DNA from: Takakia lepidozioides
Taxonomy: Eukaryota > Plantae > Bryophyta
Direction: 5' to 3'
Assembly: GCA_030704615.1 (NCBI GenBank)
Contig: CM060731.1
Location: 42,098,001 to 42,162,000, forward strand
Length of the DNA stretch: 64,000 nucleotides
Within the stretch, counting starts at the first letter, position 1; each line of letters opens with the position of its first letter. The notes beneath the pieces are model-generated. The model did not search any database and was not told the origin of the DNA. It saw nothing but the letters and a program-made list of their open reading frames with translations. Positions 36,956-50,100 of this stretch are shown here, in pieces. A program made the position numbers and the translations under genes.

Positions 36956-38004
36956 GCTGCACAATCAACGGAGCCCACGCCGAAACTCAGAGAGGGCATT
37001 CCATCCCTGCAAAATTTGAAAAAACATACTACAAAGCAGCAAAACATCTCCACACATGCATCACGAGTTGTGTGAATGTTACAAAAGTGAGAAACGAACC
37101 TCAGTCATCAACATTGACATTAGGCCAAATGCCTGCTAGTGATGTCAGAGGCTGGTTGAATCAGAGCTGTGCATGTCAGCCGCCTCCACACTCTACTTAC
37201 AACACAGATGACGATCCACAAGCTTCGCAGAGCAAAATCACTCGAATCTCTCGAAAAGAAAATAATGCAGACGACAGAGAGAGAAGCAGTCCTCACAGAA
37301 GCTTACTTCAGAAAGCTCGAGGATGGCCCCCGACGATCCCACGAACAAGGAGACAGTTTTGACAGTGGAGGGAGTAAGTAGAGGAGCTGCGCTTTACTTC
37401 GAGACGGGAGAGGAGACGGTGGGACAGTGGAGTTCACACATGGCAGGTTAAGATCGGATCCGAGACTGCTGCTCTGCGTGGCAAAATATCACTTGAGAAA
37501 GGCTGCCAGTGTCTCCAGATTTTTTTCAGACACAACTTACAAGGAATCCCAGGCATCCACCATCACCCCACCACCACACCCTAAAACTCTATTATACTCT
37601 TTTTTTACTTGGTTTTTCTTTTGTCCAAAACCGTGCTTCCCTGGCTCTGAAAGTCTTATGAGAGAAGAAGCAAAACTAGAAACTAGAAACTAGAAACTAT
37701 TTGCAAGGAGAAAATCATATCCAACAACAAACCTGCAGACCAGAAACTCCCATAGACCAAAGGAAAATACATGTATCTTTAGGGGGAGACTCAACTAACG
37801 GAATCTCAGAGAGCTTATTGATACTATTATGTGCCTCACATATATATTTCATTGCCCTTGTTTCCATAGTTTTCAATAGTTTATAATTGTGGACTAACCT
37901 TGCAATGTTTTCAGAGCCTTAGTGGTTGCGTCCAGATGTCCACTTGCTAGCAATACGCCACCGGCCTTACACTACTTCACAAACAGAACATTCCGCAGCT
38001 TGAC

Positions 38005-38462
38005 CACTATTACAGTTCCCACTTTCGTAGTCAGCTTAGGTACTCCTGCTGCCAATCCAGTCCCACTCAAAACCTGTTACTATAGCAGACTCTAATTGTG
38101 CCTCTACCTGTGCTGCCATGATTTCCAATTCATTCAATGGTACCAAAACTGATAGCCTGAAACTGAGTCCATGACATGCATTTGTTACTCCTGTACTAGC
38201 ACGTAGAACTAAAGCACTTCAAGTGAGTTGAGCTCAGTCGTTGCACATGACACTGTTTGCTGTGAGAAAGAAAGAAACTTTATAATTTCCATAGTAGATT
38301 GCCACCTAGCATTCTGGTTCCATTTCATCTCTTTTTCCTCCTGCCTTAAGCAAGTGGGAACAAGGTGACAAAACGTGGCAAAGTGGGAACATTACCCGAG
38401 GGGGGGAAGGCCAGTCTGTGCAGTGAAACGAGACGATGCCAGGCCCTTATCAGCTACAACTA
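38005..38462 (-). pseudogene. Duplicated exon-intron-exon fragment of the neighbouring oxidoreductase gene
   Basis: A direct, diverged copy of ~40740-41213, sharing gctgccaatccag.cccactcaaaacctgttac, gagaaagaaagaaactttataat and ggaaggccagtctgtgcagtgaaacgaga. Confidence 0.88.
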
Positions 38463-39114
38463 AAACCAACCTTCATATCTCGATAGATTCAATATGATAG
38501 TTCATACTGCCGGGAGAGTTAGCAAAGCATGCTATATCTCAGGGCGCCATGGGAGTCACAAAGTACATTTGGGACAACCAGGCTCCCATGGCTCCCATTC
38601 CAAGGCTCCCATGGTGGCTTCCGACTAGGGGGTGAAGAACAGGGGCGCGGGGTTTAGCAGGCCAGTGAATCAACACTGCATGAATGAAGACGAAGACAGA
38701 TGTCTCTACGACGTGACAAACAACAATTGCTATGGCCATGCCTGCTTGCTGAATGCTTGTGCACATCTTCCTGTTTGTTGAATCCCGAACTCATGCTTGA
38801 GATCAAAGAACAAATACTCAGAGTTTGGCTGCCAAAGCACCTCCAACATAATAAAGCTCGTGCCCAGTACCAATACCACATGGAGACCAAATCCACGTAC
38901 ACATCCTTACGTTTTTTGCTTTATACTTGATAATTGATCAAATGATTGTGATGCCCTTTGCAACACATAATCACTCCTTCCAGAAGTTTGAGCAAGACAT
39001 CCTCCGGATGAGTGGCCATGCTGCATGTCTGTAAAAGCACACCTCCACAGAAAGAACATCCCTGCGAAGGAAGACTAAAGAACCTACGTTGGGGGTTTAC
39101 ATTCTTGCACTGTG

Positions 39115-42100
39115 CTAGAGAAGCTTTGCAATACGCTCAGCAGCCGCAAGACCACTGAGAATAGCGCCCTCCACACGTGGCCCCACACAAAAGTCCCCAC
39201 ACACTGCAAGGCGCCTCTCTTCCACCAAAATGCACTTGTCTTCAGGGGCAATGAATGTGGTTGGAAAAGCTCCACCCCTGTCACATCCAGAACCAGCACT
39301 GATTCCGTGAGCAGTACCCTAGGGGAAGCTTCCTTGCAGAGAAATACATGATCCAGTCAACATCTTGATTTTCATTCCTCTGTTACAAATGGAGATAAGA
39401 AGCATTCTCACTCACCAGCGATGAGCTCTCATGTAGGTCGGGGAAGGAACGTCTGGAATGACTGCTTGGAATTCCGTCAACAAATCAAGTGCAACAGACG
39501 AGAGCAACTCAGTTGAAGGTTTGCCAAACCCAGCCTTACTAATAATGTCGCCCGCATACTCTGCCGTTGAGTGCACCACCCAGCACTCACTGAAATCAAA
39601 ATCAAACAGGTCCCCAACCTCAGAGACAGATTTAATCCAACAGCCTCAGGTCCTATGTTTCTAACTCGAGATGATACAGCCTTCCACATACTCAAGAAAC
39701 CACTTTTACATAGCAATTCAATGCAAGTATTTGCCCCAGCACACAGACCAAGGAGAGGCTAATCAAGGAAGCTAATTTCCTCAGCATGCCATGCCCTGGT
39801 GATTGACCATTGACCCATTTGCTCTGTTCAGATGAAGAGTATCAGGGGGGAATGGAAGAAGATAGGAGGAGAAAAGCATGGGCAACCACTATCCTAAAAG
39901 ATCCACCACTGGAGTGGGTCTTATCTCCCATGAGGAAGGTGATTCGTCTTCCCAGATATTCTCAAGACACCGTTGTATGAATTTCACTTCTCAGAGGCCC
40001 ATTACAGACAGGGAACGAGAAATAATTTCATCTCGGACGAAAAAGCCCAAAAGTGGAGATGTTACTAGGTAGCCAAAAATATGCTCAACTCTCCATATAT
40101 GACCGCTAGATACACCACAAAGTGCACAGAAGAAGTAATAAGACTAAGGGTTTTCAGATCAACATGCTCAATAGGCAATGCTTAATATACTTAAACAAAG
40201 AATAGCACCTTGGATTGGTGTTTCGTCCAGGCTTGCTGCTGTCACGCGCTGCCCATGACACTATCTTCGAACCAACTATGGTAGCCCCATCAAATGGTAC
40301 CTGTTCAACAGAATAATGTAAGGATTAGCCCTTGACAGGGTAATCAGTGGAGCCAAGTGGGCCTAGACAGAACAGAACAGAAACTCAGACAATGCACACC
40401 TTTGTCCAAGCACGCAGCATATGATACTCCACACCAATCCAGGGCTGACTGCAGCTCTACATGATAAATTGAGAAAGGTAACGTGCTTAGGCGAGTTGCC
40501 TTGGCATAGACTTGCTGTGTCACAGATAGTAACTAGGGTGCGACAGTTTGTCTTGTTTGTCAAAGTTCACTCGGCATTTTCTCTGGCTTAAAACTTAATT
40601 ACAAAACAGCTAAGGTCACTTCAATAGTAGAAAGGAAGAGGGGATGACATGGTGTCAGAGGGATCTGCCACCTGCCTAAAGAATCCTCACCGAAGTGAGA
40701 GGCATGGGAAAGCCAAGCATGAGCGCAAAGCAAGGTGCAGTCGTCACACTTCCGACTTTCTTCGTCAGCTCAGGTACTCCAACTCCCGCTGCCAATCCAG
40801 CCCCACTCAAAACCTGTTACCATAGCAGCTCTAATTGTGCCTCTCACTCTCCTCTCTACCTGTGCTGGCATGATTTCCAATTCAGAAAAATGGTACTAAA
40901 ACTGATATGCAAGTACTGTGCGAGCAAGTAGAACTCAATCATTTAAGTGACTGGATATCACACTTGCCAGCTACAGTTGAGCTCAATCATTGCACATGAC
41001 ACTCTGTTTGCTATGAGAAAGAAAGAAACTTTATAATGTCCGTAGTAGATTTCCACCCAACATTATGGTTTCAATTCATCTCTTTTCCTCATGCCTTAAG
41101 CAAGTGGGAACAAGGCGACAAAACACGGTAAAGTGGGAATGTTACCCAAGGGAGGGGGAAGGCCAGTCTGTGCAGTGAAACGAGATGACGCCAGGCCTTT
41201 ATCGGCTACAACTACAGCACTGAAAGTCCCAAGGCTTTCCCCATCTGTAGAATTGATGTGCCAATTGCTCAGGGCACATTCCCTCCACTCCAAACCGGTA
41301 ACGGTCACGCCGTATCTTGCTTGCACTCCTGCTCCCCTAGACACCAAAAAAATCAAGACATGGAAACCTTAGCAACTCAAAAAGGTTGGAAGCCAATAAT
41401 AAAATGTGCTAGGCAAGAGACGCAGAGCCAAATCACACGAGTTAGACTAGATAATATTTGCAATACCATTTTTTGTTGTGAGCTCATCAACAGTATGTAC
41501 CATGGGACAGTGACAGGGCCTTGCACAGAGCATTCATGCCTGGAACCCCAACATATCTCTTCTTTCCCCTATCCTGCACAAGCTCCCACACCCACATAGA
41601 TTTCCAACCACAACTACTTGTTGCATTATGCAAAAAATGAAAGAAAGTCATAGCAGCCCATTCCTTAACAAAGACAAGGGATTGGAAATTGCAATGAGAA
41701 CTAGAAGCACAAAATAGTCTCTAACAAGCAGATTTAGGTTCACATCAGCTTGTTTAAGGAAAAAGATAAGGAAAAATTTACTGACATTGTCTGCAACAAA
41801 GCCACCAGAACCCTTCTCCAACATGCCAAATCTGCCTTGCCACTCAGCTAAAATGCCTTGCACCTCCCACTTGTCGACAAGTTGTTGCACAGCTGGATCT
41901 TTGACTGTGAAGTACTGGGCACCATGGTCAAACATGAGCTCCATCCCATCTTGAGTTCTCTCTCTGTCAGTGCACCCATGAGAGTTTGAATGGTCTGTCT
42001 TATCAAAGTGTCTCGCATATAGAAAATTGCATTTCTCACAAAAGAACCAAGCATCAATCATCATACAACTATCTGAATCAGGGAGATGTCATGGCTCAAC

Positions 42101-43357
42101 TAGTGCCCTTTCCCCTAAATGATTAGGAAACCAGTGCCACCATAGCTGACCGTCAAATACACTAGCACAACATATAAAAAAGATCCAAACAGAGACACCT
42201 CTGAAGAAACAAGGGGAAGGGAAAATGAATGAAGCAAATGCTAAAGGTGTGCATAATTGTTCCTCCCTCACTTGCCAAGGTATTACAGATTTTCATAGGT
42301 TGAAAAGTTCACAACAAAGTACATCCTGATCCATCAACAAATAAGGGTGACAAAAACTTCACCGGCGCTGGGACATGCGACCTCCTGGACCACGACCCAT
42401 GTCAAATACAGTCACAGCCAACCCCCTCTCTCCCAGCCATGATGCACAAACCAAGCCTGCCACTGAAATCCCCAAATATACAACCCAACACATTTTGCTT
42501 CAGAAAACACAAAATGGCTTGACCTCACGAAAGAGAGAAGGCGGGATCGGAGGAAACAAAGAGACAACTTCACAATTTTTCCAGGTGCAATCAACCTTTG
42601 AGATGCATACGTAGGCACAGAACAAATGAATAAAGCAAAGCAAATCTTCACCCAAAAAAATGGATGCTTTCAGCTTTAAAGTGTGAATTTTACTGGAATT
42701 CTCTTCAATTCCAAGGCTAATCGTGTATCCTATGTGGGGTAGGCTGTCTTCTACGGCATTCCACGGAGTACAAACCCGTTTGACCACCCAGAGCAAACAA
42801 GTTTGAACAGGTTTCGAAATCAGACATAAGACGTTTACTATTCTATGCAAAGAGTCGATATGAATTTCACTTCAGATCATACTCCCCCCAGCTATTAACC
42901 TCCCTAGAACAGATCCTCTGGAAGCTAAAACTGGAGAGCCAATATTAGGGCAGGACACATGATCACAAACATTCGGTCCCCAAATCCAAGCAAACAGACA
43001 GCAGAACTTCGATTTTCACACATTGGAGAGATGCAGAAGGTGCCAGCATCGACCACAACAAACAATAACCAGACAGACAATAACTTTACCTCCTGCTCCA
43101 ACAACAGCAACCGTCGCCTTTCCCTTCTCCGTTCCAGAAGCTTCCATGGAAATGCTTTCTGTCGATTGGCTCTGCAGTCGTGAGGTTTGAGCCGCTGTGT
43201 GCAATCTGCAGCACCTCACCTTCCTGGTACACGGTACCACAACGGGGTTTCGAAAAGGACCCAGCAACGTAGTCGATTTCACAATCCCAATCAATGACTG
43301 GAGAGCTCGGGATGTCTGCAGAGAGTAGGAATAGAGCAAGAAACCACCATGCAGCAT
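39115..43357 (-). CDS. FAD/NAD(P)-binding oxidoreductase, renalase-like, about 9 exons, with a probable transit peptide
   Basis: Motifs VAVVGAG|VAGL (Rossmann), FDMGRGPGGRMSQRR, FDHGAQYFTV, YVGVPGMNALCK, WAARDSSKPGR, ECWVVHSTAEY, AHRW and VCGDFCVGPRVEGAILSG. The start codon is approximate. Confidence 0.9.
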
Positions 43358-43687
43358 CGCAGCACAGCAGACACTCTCCAGCAACTGAGAGAGAGAGACG
43401 GGGGAAACGCTTGCAACGATGAAGTCTGTGGTACGGATGAAACACTTATCATCCATCATTGCCTCCTGTACATACACCGTATGGATGTGACTTAGCGTTT
43501 ATCATCCAGGCTTGTCTGTCCATACCCATACAGCCAACGCGTATGGATGGAAGCGTACGAAGGGAAAGCACAAAGAAGAGAGGCGCTTGTAAGTAAGCCC
43601 GTCAGTGTTGTGTGCAGAGCTTGTGGAGCTGTTGTGCATGAATCCATGGCGGCACAATGCGAGGTTTGGGCAGGACAGGGGAAGAGT

Positions 43688-44878
43688 ATGAGGATGGAGG
43701 AGGAGGTGTGGAGCAGACTTCCCAGCGAATTGATACAAAAGGTGTTGTGTCGCTTGCCGTGTGTAAGCATGTGCAGATCACGGACGGTGTGCAAGGAGTG
43801 GAATTCTCTGGTGACTGATCCCGGTTTCTTGAAACTATGTGCTGAAGCACCTTGTCAGGAAAATCGATACTTATTTTACGCTACTCCTATCTTATTTTAC
43901 ACTACTCCTACCGTTGCAATGAAAGGCATGATCCGTGCTTATGATACCCATGTGGGAGTGTGGCGCAAGTTGGACGTCCATTACCAGCAGTTGGATCCTC
44001 CCGAGACCAACACCAGCAGCCGAACCTCCACAGGCACAGCCTTCAACTTCAACTTAATTCTGGCGGCAGATGGAGGTCTTCTTCTCCTCATATCGGGTGC
44101 AAGATTAGGATTCTGGAAGTTCTATGTGTGCAATCCTATGTTGAAGACCTCGAAAGAATTGCCAGCCATACCTGATACCCCGGGTGCGAGTATGAGTGAT
44201 ATTTTTCTATGCCATTTGGTGGTAGACACATCCACCACCACCTGCAAGTACAAGGTTATTGTAGTAAATGCTTTCCTTCGTAAGTTTAGCATTTACGACT
44301 CAATGTCCAATTGCTGGAATCGCATGGGAAACCTGCCTGGAAATGTATGGGATGCTAAGAACTGGATGACTAGTGTCGTATGCGGGAATGTTTGGTATGC
44401 CATGATGTACGAAAAGCATCAGGGATCAGCTTGCAGATTGCTCGAATATGATTTAAGGAGTGGTGTCTGGTCAGCTGACCCTCGCAGGCAGCTAGTGCCC
44501 ACTAATTTGTGGGGGTGGCGATACATTGTGGAGAACCGCGGACGCCTAATGCTAGTTGGGGTGACTCGTGGAGCTACAGATGACATCCCAAACGCCATGC
44601 GCTTATGGGAGTTCAATCCTTCCACTCTAGAGTGGAAAGAGGTGGTAACACTTCCTCAAGCATTGGTTGATTCTCTCTTTTCGGGGTGTACTGGGTGGTG
44701 GCATGCTATGGTGTACGATCATCACCTAGTGTTGAAGTGCTCAGAGTCAAAAACGTGGCATTACAACTTGCTGGATGGATCCTGGGGATGTCTTCCTCCA
44801 GTAGAAAACGAAATATTTCCGAAGGGGGCACAAGTGTGGGGAACGGTTGGCAATCTTTCCTTCATCACAAATGTGTAG
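43688..44878 (+). CDS. Intronless F-box protein with a kelch-like/beta-propeller C-terminus
   Basis: F-box motif VWSRLPSELIQKVLCRLP...RTVCKEWNSL, then AADGGLL, YVCNPMLKTSKELP, IYDSMSNCW and VENRGRLMLV. The ORF is open from 43547. Confidence 0.9.
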   Translation: MRMEEEVWSRLPSELIQKVLCRLPCVSMCRSRTVCKEWNSLVTDPGFLKLCAEAPCQENRYLFYATPILFYTTPTVAMKGMIRAYDTHVGVWRKLDVHYQQLDPPETNTSSRTSTGTAFNFNLILAADGGLLLLISGARLGFWKFYVCNPMLKTSKELPAIPDTPGASMSDIFLCHLVVDTSTTTCKYKVIVVNAFLRKFSIYDSMSNCWNRMGNLPGNVWDAKNWMTSVVCGNVWYAMMYEKHQGSACRLLEYDLRSGVWSADPRRQLVPTNLWGWRYIVENRGRLMLVGVTRGATDDIPNAMRLWEFNPSTLEWKEVVTLPQALVDSLFSGCTGWWHAMVYDHHLVLKCSESKTWHYNLLDGSWGCLPPVENEIFPKGAQVWGTVGNLSFITNV

Positions 44879-46638
44879 CATGCATAGCAATCTGAAAACA
44901 ATTTGGTGCAGGTTGCATCAGTGTTTTTTTTGTTCAAACACTATTCAGAATTGAAAACTCCAAAACTTTGTGCCAGGGTTGAGTGAGCACCTATTTGGAC
45001 AGGAAATCCTACTACTCTTGGCACCTCATTGGGCTCATGCGTATGGGGATGTAGGGACTTTCCTCATAGATGTGAATTGTCATATTATGGATGCTGAAAT
45101 TGTTCTCTCTTCCATAAGCAAAAAAATTCAGTTCTCTGGACCTGCTTGGGTTTGAGAACTTGTCAAAGAGTGGTGTTGCTTTCAGGTTGATTGACATCCA
45201 ATTTTGATGCCACTGGTGTGAGGCATCCATTCTGTGGTTCAATTATTGACAGTCTCTCTAGTGGACCTGGACCTTGCCGGGCAGAGCGGACTGAGTCTAT
45301 GATCAACTGCTGTAAGAAAGTCCTTGCTTCAATTGATGCGATTTGGCATGTTCACCTGTACAATGCCATTACACTTTAGGTCTTATTTGAACAGCCTTGG
45401 ATTTAGAATGTGTGGATTGTGTCGATGTATCATCTGGTAATAAGGCTTACCACAAGGCAATGCCTTCAAGGGTGGAAGATGAAATGAAATGAATGTCACA
45501 ATTTTAGGAAGGCCACCCCAAAGAAAGAGACCCATTCTTGTCTCCATTCTCCATCAATGTTACTCTCTTCCCTTTCATCGTCGTCTTGACTAAATGTTTG
45601 CAACTCAAACTTCAAGGAGTTACTTGTCGAAAGGAGGACCTGCTTTTCAAGTGGCAAAGCAATCACCCCCTCAGTTTAATATGATCACTAGCACCTTTCG
45701 GATCAACTCCCTCCGCGGTATCACCAGCCAGACTCATGAATCCCCTCCAACACTCTACCACCACTCCACCAACTGTCCACCTCCTTTCACAGAGGACAAA
45801 ACATCACATTACTAGCAGGGGGAGTCCAGGAAAACACCAACCAATTCTTAGCAAGACGAATAGTATGTCAAGAGAGTCAACTCAATCACCAGAGTTGCAG
45901 GTTCTTAAATAATAGCTGACCACTCTTTTGCAGTGTTCTACTCTGCATCAATCGCCAGAGCAGGATGTTGATAGAACATGTAGGACTACAGCATCAGAAG
46001 ATCCCAGGGGGACTAACCCTCTGCCTTTGAATTACTTTATGTGTCAAAGAGTCTAGGAATCTGGCTTGATGTGAACCTGGCTCTTGATGACCTCACTACA
46101 TGCAGAAAAACCAGAAGAACCATGAAGCCCAGTTTGCAGTTTGACCCTCCAACTATCTCCATAAACTTCAGTCCCCTCCCCCATCACCATAGCCCATCAT
46201 CTTGTCCGTCATTATAATACACACCGCGAGAGGATTCCGAATATGGGGAATGAGTCCTGCAGAGGATGATGCTTGCGCACTTGTTTCCCCCAAAAAGATA
46301 CCATGAGAGGTCTTTCGAGTGGCACTCTCAAATGCATTCAACTGTTTTTACCCAGGGCGTCTGTGACATACTTCCCCGCACTGACTTCCAGTTCCTATAC
46401 AGCAGCCTCCAAAAGTTGGTACGTGCACCCAAGTCACAGTCCCTGTGCACAAATGAAGAAAATCCACAACTCAATATGAGATCTGCAAGTGAGTGAGCGG
46501 CAGTGACAGAGAGGGGTGGTCTGTGCGATTGCTTTTAAAAGAGAAAGAAGAGTAAATAGGGGCAAAGAAGACGGGAAAATACAAAAGCATGTTCCCAAAA
46601 CGGAAACGATGTGAAGAACCAATTGGGTACTGCTGGGA

Positions 46639-46644
46639 TATAAA
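46639..46644 (+). promoter_or_regulatory. Candidate TATA box for the Argonaute gene
   Basis: TATAAA is followed about 25-30 nt later by a pyrimidine patch. A possible 5'-UTR intron donor (gtaagt) lies near 46887. Confidence 0.3.
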
Positions 46645-47119
46645 CGGTAACCACGATCCCAACAGTCTGATTTCTTCCCACACTTCTTCCTTCTCTGCTG
46701 ACTCTGTCAAGAACCGCTCGTGCACAGGTGCCTACACGCGCAAGATCGGTGGTGGACATGATTATGCCAGAACACTCGTGCACACAGCTACAATCTTCAA
46801 GCAGAATATTGTCAAGGAGTGCTAAAGTGTTATTGAGGTGAAAAGTCAGCGTAACAATCATGGGGAAGAGTGGTGGACCGGGAGAGAGTAAGTCTCCTTT
46901 CCGAAGTTGTTTCTCCCCTCTCTCTCTTTCTTTTTGATTTCTGTTCCTCTCTTTTCTGGTGTGCGTGGATGCGGTTTGGGAGACATTGAAGGGTAGCCTT
47001 CAAACTTTGAAATCTTCCACCCTGTCGTCTTCTCTCCTCTCTCTATTACTCGTGTTGACACAGCAAAAAGTCGAAAACATGTAATGTAATCTTCCATAGG
47101 GGAGAGGCTCCTACTTCCC

Positions 47120-50100
47120 ATGAGACCCTTGATGTTACCACCTTCTTTGACGGTCCCTCCAGCTCCCTTCCCACATCAGGGCAGCCATTTGCAATCTACC
47201 ATGCCCCCAGTGACCCAGAAACCTCCAATTGCAGGTGAATTGACTCCCCCTCAGCCTCCAGGTTCAGGACATGGTCCAACAGGAGGTAAAGGGTCCGAAA
47301 GGCCACCAGCAGGAGCAAGCAGCAGTGGTGGTGGACTTGTGCCAGCTCGCGGTTCCAAGCAGATTGCAAGATCTGGGTATGGGAGTCGGGGCAAGCAGGT
47401 GCAACTAGCGTGCAATCATTTTGCAGTGCGATTGATGGGTGTGCAAGATGTTTACCACTACAATGTAGACTTCTGCTCCTTTACTCTATAGCCAGATTTC
47501 AGTTTGCTTTGATTTAGCTACATTAGTTATCTTGTGTAATGTATCTGTCTTTCGATCCAGGTCTAAGGGTGTGGATTTCTGGCTCCCCTATCCATCTTTG
47601 TCAAGAATCATTTTACTTATCGAGCTGGTCATCAATCGTATGTTTACGATCCTCAGGGTGCATATGACCCTTGGCCACCTGGGTGTTTGCCAGATTGAAA
47701 TAGTACAGAATCTCCACTCCACAAAGATGGTTTAACATACAATGTGCTGGAATTGGACATGAGCATAATGTTTTGCTTATGAGATTGGATAATGCTCTCT
47801 GGAGGCTGCTCATTCCTGGCAAAGGCATGTGGTTTTGAAGACCACAAATGCTTGGCAGCTGAACTTCGTGGAGTATTCGCCTTGTGTCATGATGAAGGCA
47901 ATTTGCTTGGAAGTTCTTGCTGTTGCAATGTTCATTTCTTTTGTCCCTTTGCTTGCTTTATTGACCAGACTTGCACTGTGGTATGTAGGTGACGATTGAA
48001 CCTGCTGTACCAAAGAAGACAAGCCGTCGAGTCATGAACAAGTTCCGCGCAACATATGGAGCAGTAGAGCTCCAAGGGAAGCAGGGTGCATTTGACGGGG
48101 AGAAATCATTATTCACAGTAGGAGCTCTAAATTCACACAACCAGGATTATCAAGTATACCTGGATGATGAGAGAGGCCCCACTTTCAGGTGTGTAAAAGA
48201 ACTATTCATCCTCAAACATTTGTAACCTGTGCATACATGAAGCAGTTTTTAAACAGCCTCATGTTGGGTTTACATGAAAATGCGATATGAGTGCAGATTA
48301 GTTTGGAGGAGCATGTAAACAAACATTAAAAACAAACAGTACATGACAGTCAGAATGCTCTCTCATAAAAAGCGTCGAGCTGCCAGAATCTGGATGTAAC
48401 ACAGAAGACGACTGTCTTGGATGATTTGAACTTAGACCTGGAGCTCGGAGGAGTCCTGGAGAGCGTCCACAGGCTGGAAGTCCACCAGCGGGTAGTCCAG
48501 GTGCTTTTGTACTACTTTCGAAACTGTGACGAATTAGCCTGTAGAAGCTGGTGAACACATCCACAGAAGCTTAATTTAAATCAAAAGAAAAAATATACAA
48601 CAAAATTAAACTCGAATCTTTCATTATATATCAATCGTGTACATTAAATCTACAATCATACTCAATTCACTTCTAATGAAGGTTTCAAGTTTCGCAATAC
48701 AATCTAAAAAAACCTCAATCCTAAACTGAAGATTCAATCTACTTACAGTAAAATGAAAACTCTCTCTCTCTCTCTCTCTCACTCACTATTTCCTATATGA
48801 AGTTTTTTTTGCACTAATCAGGGGGCTTCCAACACCATACTGGACTGCAATAATATTACCAATGAGGAGTGGAACAAGAGTCCCTAAACCATGCCTCCTT
48901 TTTCATTCAGGGTTGCTTATTGGTTTGTTTGGATGTCTATGCTGGGAGTCCAGTGCCCATGGAGGTTGCGCCTAAAAGGAGGAGGACAATAGAAAGGGGT
49001 AGAGAATTCCTGGTGCGAATCGAGTTTGCTGCCAGGGTTGACATGAGATCGATTGAGGCACTGCTGCGTGGCGAGGGGGGTCCTGACGCAGAGAGAGGGC
49101 AGGATGCTCTGCGGGTTCTTGATGTAGTGCTGAAGGAAATGGCCTCCGCAAGGTAAACACAACTATCCACCCTTCCTCTGGCCAACTGTTTACCTTTATG
49201 CATTATGTGATGCAGACATACTCAGACTGTAAGCCGACTGTACTGAGACCTTTGACTTGAGTATAATGTAATTCTAATTGGATCAGAAATCTGAATGCAG
49301 GGGTTATCTTGTGGTGAGAGATAATTTTTACCATCCCAGTCTTGGCCGAATGGAAAATCTTGGTGAAGGTGTGGAAGCTTGGCGTGGTTTCCACTCAAGC
49401 ATCAGGCCCACTAAAATGGGCCTTACCCTGAACCTCGGTACAGCTCTTCACATGCTTGCTGAAGTTGGTAACCTGCATTACAAGAATAAATTTGTGGGTC
49501 ACCCAATAGATGTACGTAAACTCTCTTTTCAGCTGTAATAACTGTACAGGAATGGTATAAAATGAGCAGATGATATGCAAGTCATGTGCTGCATTTATTG
49601 CAGACAGGTTGAAAGGCCAACTGATTTCAGAGAAATGGAAGTGTTAGATGCCCCATTTATGCTACTGGAAGTTAGAGTATACATAGGAAGTTAGAGATTT
49701 TCTTTCCCATGACATGACCACTCTCTGGTTGTCTTCTTACTCACTTGTTCCCATGGGTGATTGCTGCCGGAGTAGATTTTTATAAAAACTTCTTTTTTAT
49801 GTTTCTGTATCGTCATCAAGTTTTTGTTTTTCCAAGCTAAAACCGAGGACTTGAAGTGCATGGGACTGTGGAAGTGATTTCTGATTAGGACTAAGATAAT
49901 GCTCCGAACTGGAAAGTGACTTTGAATGTACAGAAGTACTTACTTTGACGAGTTGTATTTCAGGAATACATGTTCTGAGAAGGAATCAACAGTCTTTATT
50001 TACTGTGCTATTCTGTGGTTGGAGCAGATATCACAATGACAACAATCTTGAAGCCCCTTCCTGTTAATGAGCTTTTAGAGGAGAGATTTGGCAAACCTCT

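Noticed and set aside
37672-37699. (AAACTAG)4 repeat as an interstitial telomere
   Set aside because: It does not match TTTAGGG and is a simple short microsatellite.
46589-46825. 78-aa ORF upstream of AGO
   Set aside because: It has no known motif and starts upstream of the candidate TATA box, so it is unsupported as a gene or uORF.
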